A DNA stretch of 64,000 bases from Candidatus Staskawiczbacteria bacterium RIFOXYB1_FULL_38_37 (GCA_001822075.1 MHPK01000004.1:71979-135978), one strand, 5' to 3'. Counted from the stretch's first letter, positions 15,400 through 24,113 are shown. The notes: generated from the sequence alone by a model not told the origin. Program-made: numbers and translations.

Positions 15400-16455
15400 T
15401 TATTTTTTGGGCGCTGGCGGAACCCCTGGCACCTGCTGCCTTTGCATGGTATTTTTTCCGCTTCCTTCAGCCCATGTTTCAACATCTTGTATAAACTTTT
15501 TTCTTTGCTCATCCTCTGACGTAGCAGACTTCAAAATACTCTCTTTTACAGGTACAGGTATTTCTTTAAAGAAGTTTTTATTTTCAGCTAGCCCTTTGCC
15601 CGCCCATTGCTGCCTTTGAATTTTTTCTTTTTCTTCTGTCCTTGCTTTTGAAAGCGCTTCTTTTGAATATTTTTGCTCTTGTTCTTCGCCTCTTCTTTTT
15701 TCTTCCACCCTTGCTATTATAGCAGAATATATTTCTCTGAGCTGTTTGTCTATGCCTAATATCTTTTGATTTAAGGCATTTCTTTCCTCCACCAATTGCT
15801 GCAAAGTTCTGTCTATTTGCTGTATCCTCTTTTTAAGGTTTTCTATTTGGTTATCTGCTTCCCATTCTTTTTTTTCAAGATTTTGTATGTCTTTATCAAT
15901 GTCCCACCTTCTTTGCTCAAACCCTTTTTTTTCAGCTGTTATATTGCTTTGCTGGGCTTTTTGAGCCACAAAATTTTGTTCGCCTTCCAGCTTTTTTTTC
16001 TGGTCTAAAACAGACTTAAGCTTCAGCTCCAAATCTTTTATTTGGATTAGAATTTCATTTTTTTGCAATTTTAAAGAAGGGCTTTTATCTTTATCTATTG
16101 CATCTGTTTGTTTTTTAAAGTCGAGCCTTTTGGCCTCTAACTGAAAAATCTGCTGCCTTTCCTGCTCTGTTGCATATTCTTTCAGGTCTTTTTCTGCCAT
16201 TCTTTCTTCTTCGGCTCCTCTTTCAAGCACTTGTTCTCTTTTAAATTTATCCTCTGACTGCCTTGCGCTTTCTTTTTGCTCTAACTTTTTTTGAGCTTCA
16301 GCTTCCTGTTCTTCAAGAGTTTTTACTTTTACAATCCTATTTCTTTCTTTTAAGGCATCGGCCTCGCGAAGGGCGCGCAGGTCCTTTTTCATTGTTTTTA
16401 TTTCAGCCCTTTTTAAAAACTCTTTGACTTGTAATTCTTCTTGTTGCGTCGGCAT
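15400..16455 (-). CDS. Highly charged coiled-coil protein, function unknown
   Basis: 351 aa, rich in Glu/Lys/Gln with heptad-like character. No enzymatic motif. Confidence 0.65.
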   Translation of the reverse strand: MPTQQEELQVKEFLKRAEIKTMKKDLRALREADALKERNRIVKVKTLEEQEAEAQKKLEQKESARQSEDKFKREQVLERGAEEERMAEKDLKEYATEQERQQIFQLEAKRLDFKKQTDAIDKDKSPSLKLQKNEILIQIKDLELKLKSVLDQKKKLEGEQNFVAQKAQQSNITAEKKGFEQRRWDIDKDIQNLEKKEWEADNQIENLKKRIQQIDRTLQQLVEERNALNQKILGIDKQLREIYSAIIARVEEKRRGEEQEQKYSKEALSKARTEEKEKIQRQQWAGKGLAENKNFFKEIPVPVKESILKSATSEDEQRKKFIQDVETWAEGSGKNTMQRQQVPGVPPAPKK

Positions 16456-16523
16456 GTTTTGCTACTGAGCTTGCTGCTGAACAAATTCAGTAATTAATTA
16501 CGTAATTAATTCAGTAATAATTT

Positions 16524-17036
16524 TTATTTTTCTTTAAAGCCGATTTCAGAATTAGTTTTATTCTCGTCAGCCAATAAAAGCCGCAAAATATCAAAAACTT
16601 TTTTTATTTTTGCATCATACTTTCTTTCTATTTGCATTATTTTTCTTTGCAAGGCTTCATTTGTTGCCAGCAACTCCCTAATTTTTACAAAAGTCCTTAT
16701 TATTTGGATATTTACATTTATCGCTCTGTTGCTATTTAGTACGCTAGCCAACATGGCTACGCCCTGTTCTGTAAAAACATATGGTTCATATCTCGCTCCA
16801 CCCCAACTTGAGGTTTCAAATTGAAACCTCAAGTTTTTAAACTCTTGTTTTGATAATCGGAACATAAAATCTTCTGGAAATCTTTTAATGTTCCTTTTTA
16901 CAGCGAGATTTAAAGATTTTGTTGGCACATTATAAAGTTGTGCCAAATCTTTATCTATCATAACTTTTTTATTGTGGATAATATATATTTTGTTAGCAAT
17001 CCTTTCGCTTGGAATTAGGTTTAAATTTTTATCCAT
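16524..17036 (-). CDS. ORF6N-domain (KilA-N-like) DNA-binding protein, paralog 1
   Basis: 170 aa; IYIIHNKKVMIDKDLAQLY..FTEQGVAMLASVLNSNRAINVNIQIIRTF. Roughly 60 percent identical to 20259-20786 by eye. Confidence 0.8.
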   Translation of the reverse strand: MDKNLNLIPSERIANKIYIIHNKKVMIDKDLAQLYNVPTKSLNLAVKRNIKRFPEDFMFRLSKQEFKNLRFQFETSSWGGARYEPYVFTEQGVAMLASVLNSNRAINVNIQIIRTFVKIRELLATNEALQRKIMQIERKYDAKIKKVFDILRLLLADENKTNSEIGFKEK

Positions 17037-17068
17037 AGTTTTGATATTACAATTTGTGACCTCAAGCC

Positions 17069-19255
17069 TTATCTTTTGAAGAATCCTTTTTTATAGGGTT
17101 TTTCTTCAGCTCCCGTGTGCTTGCTCTTGGGCTTGAATCCTGCCTCAATTGCTGAAAGATTTATTCTGCCCATGTCATCAATTGAAATAACTTTTACAGG
17201 AATTTTATCTCCCTCTCTTACAACATCTGCAACCTTATCTATATGCTGGGGTACGAATCTTGATATGTGCACCAGCCCTGATTGTCCGGGCAAAATGTCA
17301 ACAAATGCGCCAAAGTCCATAATTTTTCTGACGGTTCCCGTAAAAGTTTCGCCAATTTCAACTTCTTTTACAATTCCTTTTATCCAGCTGACTGCTTTTT
17401 CAACCCCTGCTTCATCTGTGCCGGTAATAAATACAATTCCAGTATCTTCTATATCAATTGTAACTCCGCATTCTTCAATAATTTTATTTATTACACTTCC
17501 TTTTGGTCCCACAACTTCTCCAATCTTTGAAGGATTAATCGTCATTGTAAATATTTTTGGAGCAAAAGAAGACAAAGATTTTCTGGGTTCTGAAATCTGT
17601 TCCTTTATTATATCAAGTATTTTAAATCTTGCATCTTTTGCCCTGTCTAAAGCTTCTTGCATTATGTTTTTATCAATGCCGTCTGTCTTAATATCCATTT
17701 GAATTGCTGTAATTCCGTTTTTGGTTCCTGCCACTTTAAAATCCATGTGTCCATAGTGGTCTTCCGGGCCCTGAATATCAGTTAACACTTTATATTTTCC
17801 GCTATCTTCATCTTTTGCCAAACCAATTGAAATTCCGGCCACAGGTTCTTTTATAGGCACTCCTGCATCCATTAAAGCAATGCAGGCAGCGCACACAGAA
17901 GCCTGCGAAGTAGAACCGTTGGAAGACACAACTTCAGAAACAATTCTTATTGTGTAAGGAAATTTTTCAACATCCGGAAGTATTGGCGACAATGCTTTTT
18001 CAACCAAAGCTCCGTGCCCAATTTCCCTTCTTTTCGGGCCTCTCATAGGAGCTGTTTCTCCGGAAGAAAATGGAGGAAAATTATAATGGTGCAAGAATCT
18101 TTTTTTGCCAACAAATTCCATACCCTCCAATACCTGCTGGTCGCCGGGTCCTCCTAAAGTTAAAATTGAAAGCACCCTTGTCAGTCCTCTAAAAAATACT
18201 CCGCTTCCATGAGCCCTCGGCAATACCGCAACCTCGCAAGACAAAGGCCTTATTTCAGTTGATTTTCTGCCGTCGGGCCTTTTATCTTTTTCAATTATAT
18301 TTTTAATAATTATTTTTTCTATTTCTTTTTCAAAAAAAGCCAGCGCTTGTTTTTCTTTGCCCTCGCCCGGATATTTTTCTTCTAAATATTTTATTAAGTC
18401 ATCTTTTAAGGATTCGGCAACTGCAAGATTTTTTTCTCTAGCCGGCGCTTCGTTTATTGCTTTTTCTAATTTATCGCCAAGCCATTCTTTTATTTCGTTT
18501 TCAATATCTGATTCAACGGCCGGTTCAAAAATATCTTTTTGCTTTCCGATTTTTTTAACTGCCTGAATTTGAACATCAATAATTTTTTTGAGCTCTTTTT
18601 TGGCAGATTCATAAGCTTCTAAAACATCTTTTTCTAAAACTTCTTTAGCTCCCATTTCAATCATGTTTACCAAAATATCTCCATCCCTTTCTATGGCAGA
18701 TAAAGTTAAGTCCATTTCGCTTTCTTTTCTCTGGCTGTAGCTTGAATTAAATTTCCATTCGCCTGCCTGCGCAGGCAGGCCATTTTTTGTAACTCTGATT
18801 GCCCCCAACGGGCCTGACCACGGAATGTTTGAAACAGCTAAAGCAAATGAAGCTCCAATCATTCCTAAAATATCAGGGTCGTTTTCTCCGTCCCACGAAA
18901 GGCAGGTTACAACAACCTGCACCTCTTTTTTAAAATCTTTTGGAAACAACGGCCTTATAGCTCGGTCAATCATACGGGCAGTTAAAATTGCGTCTTCTGT
19001 CGGCCTTGATTCTCTTTTCATAAACCTTGAGCCGAAAATTTTTCCTGCGGCATAAAACCTTTCCTCGTATTCAACAGTTAAAGGAAAATAATCTATGTCG
19101 GGCCTGGAAAATGGAGAAAGAACAGCGGTTACTAAAACCTCTGTTTCTCCGCACGAAACCAAACAAGAGCCAGATGCCTGCTCTGTCCAGTTTGTAGTTT
19201 TGATTATTATGGGCTTTTCACCCACTTTTATCTCGAATGTATCTTTTACCGCCAT
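17069..19255 (-). CDS. pnp: Polynucleotide phosphorylase
   Basis: Start trimmed to ATG 19255 (MAVKDTFEIKVGEKPI). Two RNase PH domains, a KH domain (GPKGSVINKIIEECG) and an S1 domain (FGAFVDILPGQSGLVHISR). Confidence 0.93.
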   Translation of the reverse strand: MAVKDTFEIKVGEKPIIIKTTNWTEQASGSCLVSCGETEVLVTAVLSPFSRPDIDYFPLTVEYEERFYAAGKIFGSRFMKRESRPTEDAILTARMIDRAIRPLFPKDFKKEVQVVVTCLSWDGENDPDILGMIGASFALAVSNIPWSGPLGAIRVTKNGLPAQAGEWKFNSSYSQRKESEMDLTLSAIERDGDILVNMIEMGAKEVLEKDVLEAYESAKKELKKIIDVQIQAVKKIGKQKDIFEPAVESDIENEIKEWLGDKLEKAINEAPAREKNLAVAESLKDDLIKYLEEKYPGEGKEKQALAFFEKEIEKIIIKNIIEKDKRPDGRKSTEIRPLSCEVAVLPRAHGSGVFFRGLTRVLSILTLGGPGDQQVLEGMEFVGKKRFLHHYNFPPFSSGETAPMRGPKRREIGHGALVEKALSPILPDVEKFPYTIRIVSEVVSSNGSTSQASVCAACIALMDAGVPIKEPVAGISIGLAKDEDSGKYKVLTDIQGPEDHYGHMDFKVAGTKNGITAIQMDIKTDGIDKNIMQEALDRAKDARFKILDIIKEQISEPRKSLSSFAPKIFTMTINPSKIGEVVGPKGSVINKIIEECGVTIDIEDTGIVFITGTDEAGVEKAVSWIKGIVKEVEIGETFTGTVRKIMDFGAFVDILPGQSGLVHISRFVPQHIDKVADVVREGDKIPVKVISIDDMGRINLSAIEAGFKPKSKHTGAEEKPYKKGFFKR
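18761..18780. repeat. 20-bp perfect GC-rich palindrome inside pnp
   Basis: GCCTGCCTGC|GCAGGCAGGC; encodes LPAQAGE within ..VTKNGLPAQAGEWKFN.. Confidence 0.9.
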
Positions 19256-19368
19256 ATTATTTGGCGAGACCGATATACGAATGCATGCCGTTAACACAAA
19301 TTTTTATTTGTATCATCAGTATGAATTAGTATATCTATCCCCGCAATTAATTACTTATTTTTTTAAAA

Positions 19369-20226
19369 TTACTTTAAAAGTTGTTGAACATACTTAATGC
19401 AATCTTCTCTTTCAGTAGAATTTCCATATTTTGAAGGCATTATTTTGTCACATAGAGAAGTATCTTTTTTTTGTATGGCGATTTCTCCGTAACACGTATT
19501 TTTCCTTGCTATCTCTGCTTGTTCATTATCATAAACAGTTCTATTCAAATAATTAGATGAAAAATAAATTTTTTCACAAAAAGCTACATCTGACTTTTCT
19601 CTGGCACACCGTATATAACATTCATTTTTTTCTCCCTCATTAAGTGTTTTTTCACAAGCTACAGAACAGTCAAGCTGACCCATATTCACTGATAGCCTGA
19701 TACATTGGTTATAATAAAAGTTTTCAGGAGTATCTCTTTTTTTTATTTTTTCGCATATCGAAACATCCCCCTTGCTCTTAGATATCTCCACATAACACAT
19801 GGATGCTTTATCATTATCTTTTACATAGCCACACAAATTTTCATCGTTGAGTTTTATAGCTATACTGTAGTAACATTGGCTGTATATCGAATTGTCATTT
19901 ATTTTTTCGCAAATTTTAGGGTTTTCTAACTCTGTAGCCACTCTGCCGTAACAATAATCAATTAATAAAGAATCGTTCAGTCTTTTGCACATAGAAGGGT
20001 CTTCTTCAGAGACGGCATAAGAACTAATTACCTCTAATTCACAGGTTTGTTTTTCAACTTCGGAAAATTTTTCGCAGCCGAAATTTTTTATCATTAAATT
20101 TATTTCCCGATCTTTTTCAATTTTTGGCACAAAGTAATTTTGATATATAAAATACCCCGCTCCTCCCAGCAGAGCGACAACCACAACAGTTAAAATAATT
20201 ATAATGTATAAATATTTTTTGTTCAT
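19369..20226 (-). CDS. Membrane-anchored protein built of repeated Cys-pair modules
   Basis: 285 aa; N-terminal TM helix, then about 8 repeats of the type C-x(8-14)-C-Y/E-x-I/V-A (e.g. ICEKINDNSIYSQCYYSIAIK, LCGYVKDNDKASMCYVEISKS). Confidence 0.65.
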   Translation of the reverse strand: MNKKYLYIIIILTVVVVALLGGAGYFIYQNYFVPKIEKDREINLMIKNFGCEKFSEVEKQTCELEVISSYAVSEEDPSMCKRLNDSLLIDYCYGRVATELENPKICEKINDNSIYSQCYYSIAIKLNDENLCGYVKDNDKASMCYVEISKSKGDVSICEKIKKRDTPENFYYNQCIRLSVNMGQLDCSVACEKTLNEGEKNECYIRCAREKSDVAFCEKIYFSSNYLNRTVYDNEQAEIARKNTCYGEIAIQKKDTSLCDKIMPSKYGNSTEREDCIKYVQQLLK

Positions 20227-20258
20227 AGAATTATTTTTTTAATAAAAATTTTGGCTGA

Positions 20259-20786
20259 TTATTTTTTAAAGCCGATTTCGGATTTTGGTTCAGTTTTATT
20301 ATCGCCTGCTTGCAAAAGTCCTAATATGTAAAAAATCTTTTTTATTTTATCATTTTGGCTCCCGTATTTTTTCTCTAATTCCATTATTTTTCTTTGCATA
20401 ATTTCATTCGTTGCCATAAGTTCGCGGATTTTCACAAATGTGCGAATAATCTGTAGGTTTACATTTATTGCTCGGTCATTGTTTAGCACGCTTGATAACA
20501 TTGCCACACCCTGTTCAGTAAAACAAAATGGAAGTTTTCTTAATCCCATCTTTTCAGAATTGGATATTTCAATTTGCAATATCCAATTTTTCATTTCTTT
20601 TTTGCTCATCTGGAACATAAAGTCTTCAGGGAATCTCTTTATATTTCTTTTCACAGCTAAATTTAAATTTCCTGTTGTGACCCCATAGAGTTCAGCTAAA
20701 TCTCTGTCCAGCATCACTTTCCTGTTGCGGAGAATATAAATTTTATTAACAATTCTTTCGCTTGGAATTATAATTGAATTTTTCAT
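20259..20786 (-). CDS. ORF6N-domain (KilA-N-like) DNA-binding protein, paralog 2
   Basis: 175 aa; FTEQGVAMLSSVLNNDRAINVNLQIIRTF. Bracketed by 26-bp direct repeats at 20230-20255 and 20785-20810. Confidence 0.8.
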   Translation of the reverse strand: MKNSIIIPSERIVNKIYILRNRKVMLDRDLAELYGVTTGNLNLAVKRNIKRFPEDFMFQMSKKEMKNWILQIEISNSEKMGLRKLPFCFTEQGVAMLSSVLNNDRAINVNLQIIRTFVKIRELMATNEIMQRKIMELEKKYGSQNDKIKKIFYILGLLQAGDNKTEPKSEIGFKK

Positions 20787-21289
20787 TATTTCTTCAATAA
20801 AAATTTTGGCAGGCCTTCGTCTATGTCAATAAATTCGTCTGCGATTTCTTTTAATTTTGAAGAGGTTGTTTTTCCAAATGCCATTACCTCAACCCGTTTG
20901 CCCTGGTTTTTTAGATATTCCACCAAAGCAATAAAATCTCCGTCTCCAGAGCATAAAACAATAACATCAAGCCCCGGAGAGGTTCTGATTGCATCAATAA
21001 CAATACCCACATCCCAGTCTGCTTTTTTAGCTCCGCCATACCATTCCTGCAAATCCCTTACCCTTGTTTCAATGCCGATTTTTGAAAGAGCATCAAAAAA
21101 AGGCGCTTCTTCGCCAGTTTTTGTGCGCACAACATAGCCAAAAGCTCTGATAAACTTTCTTCCTGCTATCGCGTTTTTTAAAACTTCCTGATAATTTACC
21201 TTTGCGTGGTAAAGGTTTTTTGCCGAATGGTACAGATTTTGCACATCAATCAGCACCTCTACTCTTTGTTCTTTTGGTTTTGGCTGCAT
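20786..21289 (-). CDS. NYN/LabA-like (PIN-related) putative RNase
   Basis: 167 aa; VEVLIDVQNLYHSAK..VLCSGDGDFIALVEYLK, typical of LabA/NYN proteins. TAATG overlaps at both ends. Confidence 0.7.
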   Translation of the reverse strand: MQPKPKEQRVEVLIDVQNLYHSAKNLYHAKVNYQEVLKNAIAGRKFIRAFGYVVRTKTGEEAPFFDALSKIGIETRVRDLQEWYGGAKKADWDVGIVIDAIRTSPGLDVIVLCSGDGDFIALVEYLKNQGKRVEVMAFGKTTSSKLKEIADEFIDIDEGLPKFLLKK

Positions 21290-21558
21290 TATTTTTTAAG
21301 TCCTATTTTTTTAACGATAGCAGAATATCTTTTTTCAGAATTTTTTTTAAGATATGCTAAAAGTTTTTTTCTTGTAATGACCATTTTAATCAGCCCCTTT
21401 TTTGAATGCAGGTCTTTTGGGTGTTTTCTTAAATGCAAAGCCAGCTTATCAATTTCTTTTGACAGCAAGGCAATTTGCACCTCAGAAGACCCGGTGTCTT
21501 TTTCATGGATGCTCGCTTCTTTTATTATTTTTGTTTTTTCTTTGGTTTTTAAAGCCAT
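21289..21558 (-). CDS. rpsO: 30S ribosomal protein S15
   Basis: 89 aa; GSSEVQIALLSKEIDKLALHLRKHPKDLHSKKGL. Confidence 0.95.
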   Translation of the reverse strand: MALKTKEKTKIIKEASIHEKDTGSSEVQIALLSKEIDKLALHLRKHPKDLHSKKGLIKMVITRKKLLAYLKKNSEKRYSAIVKKIGLKK

Positions 21559-21596
21559 ATTCGCTAATTTTTAATTTTAAATTTAAAATTTTAATT

Positions 21597-21736
21597 GAAT
21601 GCCCTAATCTCAAATGTTTAAAACATTCTATCATTTAGATTTCATTTAAAATTTAAAATTTGTTATGAATGCCCTAATCTCAAATGTTTAAAACATTCTA
21701 TCATTTAGATTTCATTTAAAATTTAAAATTTGTTAT
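21597..21736. repeat. Perfect tandem duplication (2 x 70 bp) of an AT-rich hairpin element
   Basis: 21597-21666 is identical to 21667-21736 (GAATGCCCTAATCTCAAATGTTTAAAACATTCTATCATTTAGATTTCATTTAAAATTTAAAATTTGTTAT). Confidence 0.95.
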
Positions 21737-21744
21737 TTAAAATT

Positions 21745-21775
21745 TACAATAAAAGGCTTTTAGCCTTTTATTGTA
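21745..21775 (-). terminator. 13-bp AT-rich hairpin downstream of tRNA-Lys
   Basis: TACAATAAAAGGC-TTTTA-GCCTTTTATTGTA. Confidence 0.45.
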
Positions 21776-21827
21776 GTATACTCTATTTTATCTGTTTTGT
21801 AAAGCTTGCCCTGAGTTTATCAAAGGG

Positions 21828-21898
21828 TGCCCCCACTCAGAATCGGACTGAGATAGGATGCTTAAGAGGCATCTACTTTACCATTAAGTTATGGGGGC
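21828..21898 (-). tRNA. tRNA-Lys (anticodon CUU), no encoded CCA
   Basis: Hand-folded cloverleaf: acceptor GCCCCCA/TGGGGGC, D stem ACTT/AAGT, anticodon loop CTCTTAA, T stem CTCAG/CTGAG. Confidence 0.85.
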
Positions 21899-21903
21899 GA
21901 TAA

Positions 21904-22311
21904 TTAATTGCAATTCATCTGCGGGTTCCACCATGTTCCCATTTGGTACCCAATCACTGAAAGAATAGTGTTGATAATAACCCACGAAGCAAATACTAAA
22001 AATAAGCCGATAATTGCAGAATATAAAATCTTTTTTCCGCTACCCATTAAATTGGGATTGCCGGCAGATATAAGTATAAATACTCCGCCTATTGTTACTC
22101 CCACAATTGCCAAAGGAGTAGCTATGCTCAAGACAAGAAAGTTATAAATATAAATGAGCGTTGCAAAAAAATCGCAAATATCACAGGCATGATAGCCGGG
22201 TTTTGTTGGATCTCCATTTCCGCATCGCACAAACGGCGCTTGGGCTAATGCTAATACAGGAATTAAAATTAATAAAATCAAAACTCCGGATATTAAAAAA
22301 TATGTTTTCAT
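21904..22311 (-). CDS. T4SS-pilin-domain protein (CPR-type TrbC/VirB2-like pilin)
   Basis: Start trimmed to ATG 22311, because the longer ORF runs into tRNA-Arg. Signal peptide MKTYFLISGVLILLILIPVLALA, Cys-containing mature N-terminus, C-terminal ..ISAGNPNLMGSGKKILYSAIIGLFLVFASWVIIN. Confidence 0.75.
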   Translation of the reverse strand: MKTYFLISGVLILLILIPVLALAQAPFVRCGNGDPTKPGYHACDICDFFATLIYIYNFLVLSIATPLAIVGVTIGGVFILISAGNPNLMGSGKKILYSAIIGLFLVFASWVIINTILSVIGYQMGTWWNPQMNCN

Positions 22312-22322
22312 CTTTTTCTTTG

Positions 22323-22395
22323 TGCCCTCGCCAGGACTCGAACCCGGAATCCTCGGTTCGAAGCCGAGCGTGATATCCAGTTTCACCACGAGGGC
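22323..22395 (-). tRNA. tRNA-Arg (anticodon UCG), no encoded CCA
   Basis: Acceptor GCCCTCG/CGAGGGC, D stem GTGA/TCAC, anticodon loop CTTCGAA, T loop TTCGAGT. Confidence 0.88.
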
Positions 22396-22466
22396 ACGCG
22401 GTTAATTTGTTAAATTATACCAAATTTATTGAAAAATATCAATTTTTAAAGTAATATAGAAAAATC

Positions 22467-23969
22467 ATGACAATACCAAAAGAGGTCAAAATCATTATCG
22501 AAAAACTGCAAAAGGCGAAGTTTGAGGCATATATCGTGGGCGGATGCGTGCGCGATTTTTTAATTGGCATTAATCCTAAAGACTGGGACATAACCACAAA
22601 TGCCAAGCCCGAAGAAATCCAAAAAGTTTTTCCGGATAGTTTTTATGAAAATAATTTTTTAACTGTCACCGCGCGCACAGGCAGTAAAAAAATTCCGGAG
22701 GTTGAAATTACTACTTACAGATTAGAAGCAAAATATTCTGACAAGCGTCATCCAGACGAAATAAAATATGCAAAAACATTAGAAGAGGATTTAAGCCGCA
22801 GGGATTTTACCATAAATGCAATGGCCCTTCGCCTCGGCTCAGGGCCTTCGGCCAAAAAAGAAGTTGTTGATTTGTTTGAAGGGCAGAAAGATTTAAAAAA
22901 TAAGATAATCAAGACAGTTGGAAATCCTGAAGAAAGATTTTCAGAAGATGCTTTAAGAATGTTAAGGGCAGTAAGGTTTGCAGCAACTTTGGAAGATGGT
23001 TTTTCCCGCCAAGAGGCGGGACCCCGCCAGAGGCGGTGGAAAATTGAAGAAAATACTGCAGAAGCTATTAAAAAAAATAGCATCTGGCTGGAAGCGATTT
23101 CACAGGAAAGAATAAAAGATGAATTTTTAAAAATAATTATGTCAGATAAAGCTGAAGAAGGAATTGAGCTTTTAAGAGAGCTTAGCTTATTAAAATACAT
23201 AATTCCTGAATTATTGGATAATTACGGCGTAAGCCAAAGCAAACATCATATTTATGACTGCTACCAGCATGCAATAAAATCTTTGGGATATGCTGCAAAG
23301 AAAAAATTTAATATGCATGTAAGATTGGCGGCTCTTTTGCATGATATTGCCAAGCCAAAAGTAAAAATTGGAGAGGGCGAGGAAGCTACTTTTTATAATC
23401 ACGAAATAGTTGGAGCTAAAATAACTTTCCAGCTTCTAAACAGATTAAAATTTTCCAAAAAAGATGTTGAAAAAATAACAAAACTGGTAAGATTCCATTT
23501 GTTTTATTATAATGTTGACGAGGTTGGAGAATCGTCTGTAAGAAGACTGGTAAAAAATGTGGGGCCGGAAAACATAGAAGAGCTTTTGCAGGTAAGGCAG
23601 GCAGACAGGATTGGTTCTGGCGTGCCGAAAGCAGAGCCCTATAAATTAAGGCATTTAAAATATCTGATTGATAAAGTTTCACAGGACCCAATTTCAGCTA
23701 AAATGCTGGAAATTGACGGAAACGATTTGATGAAAATTTTAAAAATAAAACCCGGTCCAAAAATCGGCCAGATTTTAGATATTCTTTTGGGATATGTTTT
23801 AGACGACCCCCAAAAAAATAGCAAAGAATTTTTGCGCAAAGAAGCTGATAAATTGGGCAAATTAAGCCAAAAAGAATTGCAAAAATTGGCGGAAAAATCA
23901 AAGCAGGAAAAACAGGAAGTTGAAACCAAAAAAGACGAAATGACCAAGCAAAAATATTGGGTAACATAA
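22467..23969 (+). CDS. cca: CCA-adding tRNA nucleotidyltransferase with HD domain
   Basis: 500 aa; GGCVRDFLIG..DWDITT head domain and HD motif LLHDIAKP. Carries GC hairpins at 22823-22853 and 23005-23036. Confidence 0.9.
   Translation: MTIPKEVKIIIEKLQKAKFEAYIVGGCVRDFLIGINPKDWDITTNAKPEEIQKVFPDSFYENNFLTVTARTGSKKIPEVEITTYRLEAKYSDKRHPDEIKYAKTLEEDLSRRDFTINAMALRLGSGPSAKKEVVDLFEGQKDLKNKIIKTVGNPEERFSEDALRMLRAVRFAATLEDGFSRQEAGPRQRRWKIEENTAEAIKKNSIWLEAISQERIKDEFLKIIMSDKAEEGIELLRELSLLKYIIPELLDNYGVSQSKHHIYDCYQHAIKSLGYAAKKKFNMHVRLAALLHDIAKPKVKIGEGEEATFYNHEIVGAKITFQLLNRLKFSKKDVEKITKLVRFHLFYYNVDEVGESSVRRLVKNVGPENIEELLQVRQADRIGSGVPKAEPYKLRHLKYLIDKVSQDPISAKMLEIDGNDLMKILKIKPGPKIGQILDILLGYVLDDPQKNSKEFLRKEADKLGKLSQKELQKLAEKSKQEKQEVETKKDEMTKQKYWVT
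23005..23036. repeat. Two tandem GC hairpins inside cca
   Basis: CCCGCC-AAGA-GGCGGG (23005-23020) and CCGCC-AGA-GGCGG (23024-23036); together they encode SRQEAGPRQRR. Confidence 0.85.
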
Positions 23970-23986
23970 TGAAAATTTTAAAACAA

Positions 23987-24057
23987 CGGGGCGTAGTATA
24001 GCAGCAGTATGCACCCTTCGGGAGGGTGTGGCCCGAGTGCAAATCTCGGCGCCCCGA
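23987..24057 (+). tRNA. tRNA-Pro (anticodon CGG), atypical D and T loops, no encoded CCA
   Basis: Acceptor CGGGGCG/CGCCCCG, anticodon loop TTCGGGA, T stem CCGAG/CTCGG. However, the T loop is TGCAAAT and the D loop lacks GG. Confidence 0.7.
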
Positions 24058-24095
24058 CATAATGGGATAAAAAGGGTCTGTAGTAAAGCGGTATT

Positions 24096-24113
24096 ACCTG
24101 CCTGTCGGCAGGC
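24096..24113. repeat. GC hairpin in the tRNA-Pro/tRNA-Ala spacer
   Basis: ACCTGCC-TGTC-GGCAGGC; shares CGGCAGGCAGGC with the element at 41329-41349. Confidence 0.7.

Noticed and set aside
16806-16834. 29-bp perfect palindrome (ACTTGAGGTTTCAA-A-TTGAAACCTCAAGT) inside ORF6N paralog 1, considered as another inserted element
   Set aside because: The encoded NLRFQFETSSWGG matches what I remember as a native conserved ORF6N block, so it is probably not an insertion. The palindrome is real but its meaning is unclear.
21597-21736. Possible CRISPR array (identical 70-bp repeats; also the 12-bp repeats at 26150-26185)
   Set aside because: The units are directly abutting with no spacers, there are only 2-3 copies, and no cas genes are in the window. 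These are tandem duplications or operator arrays, not CRISPR.
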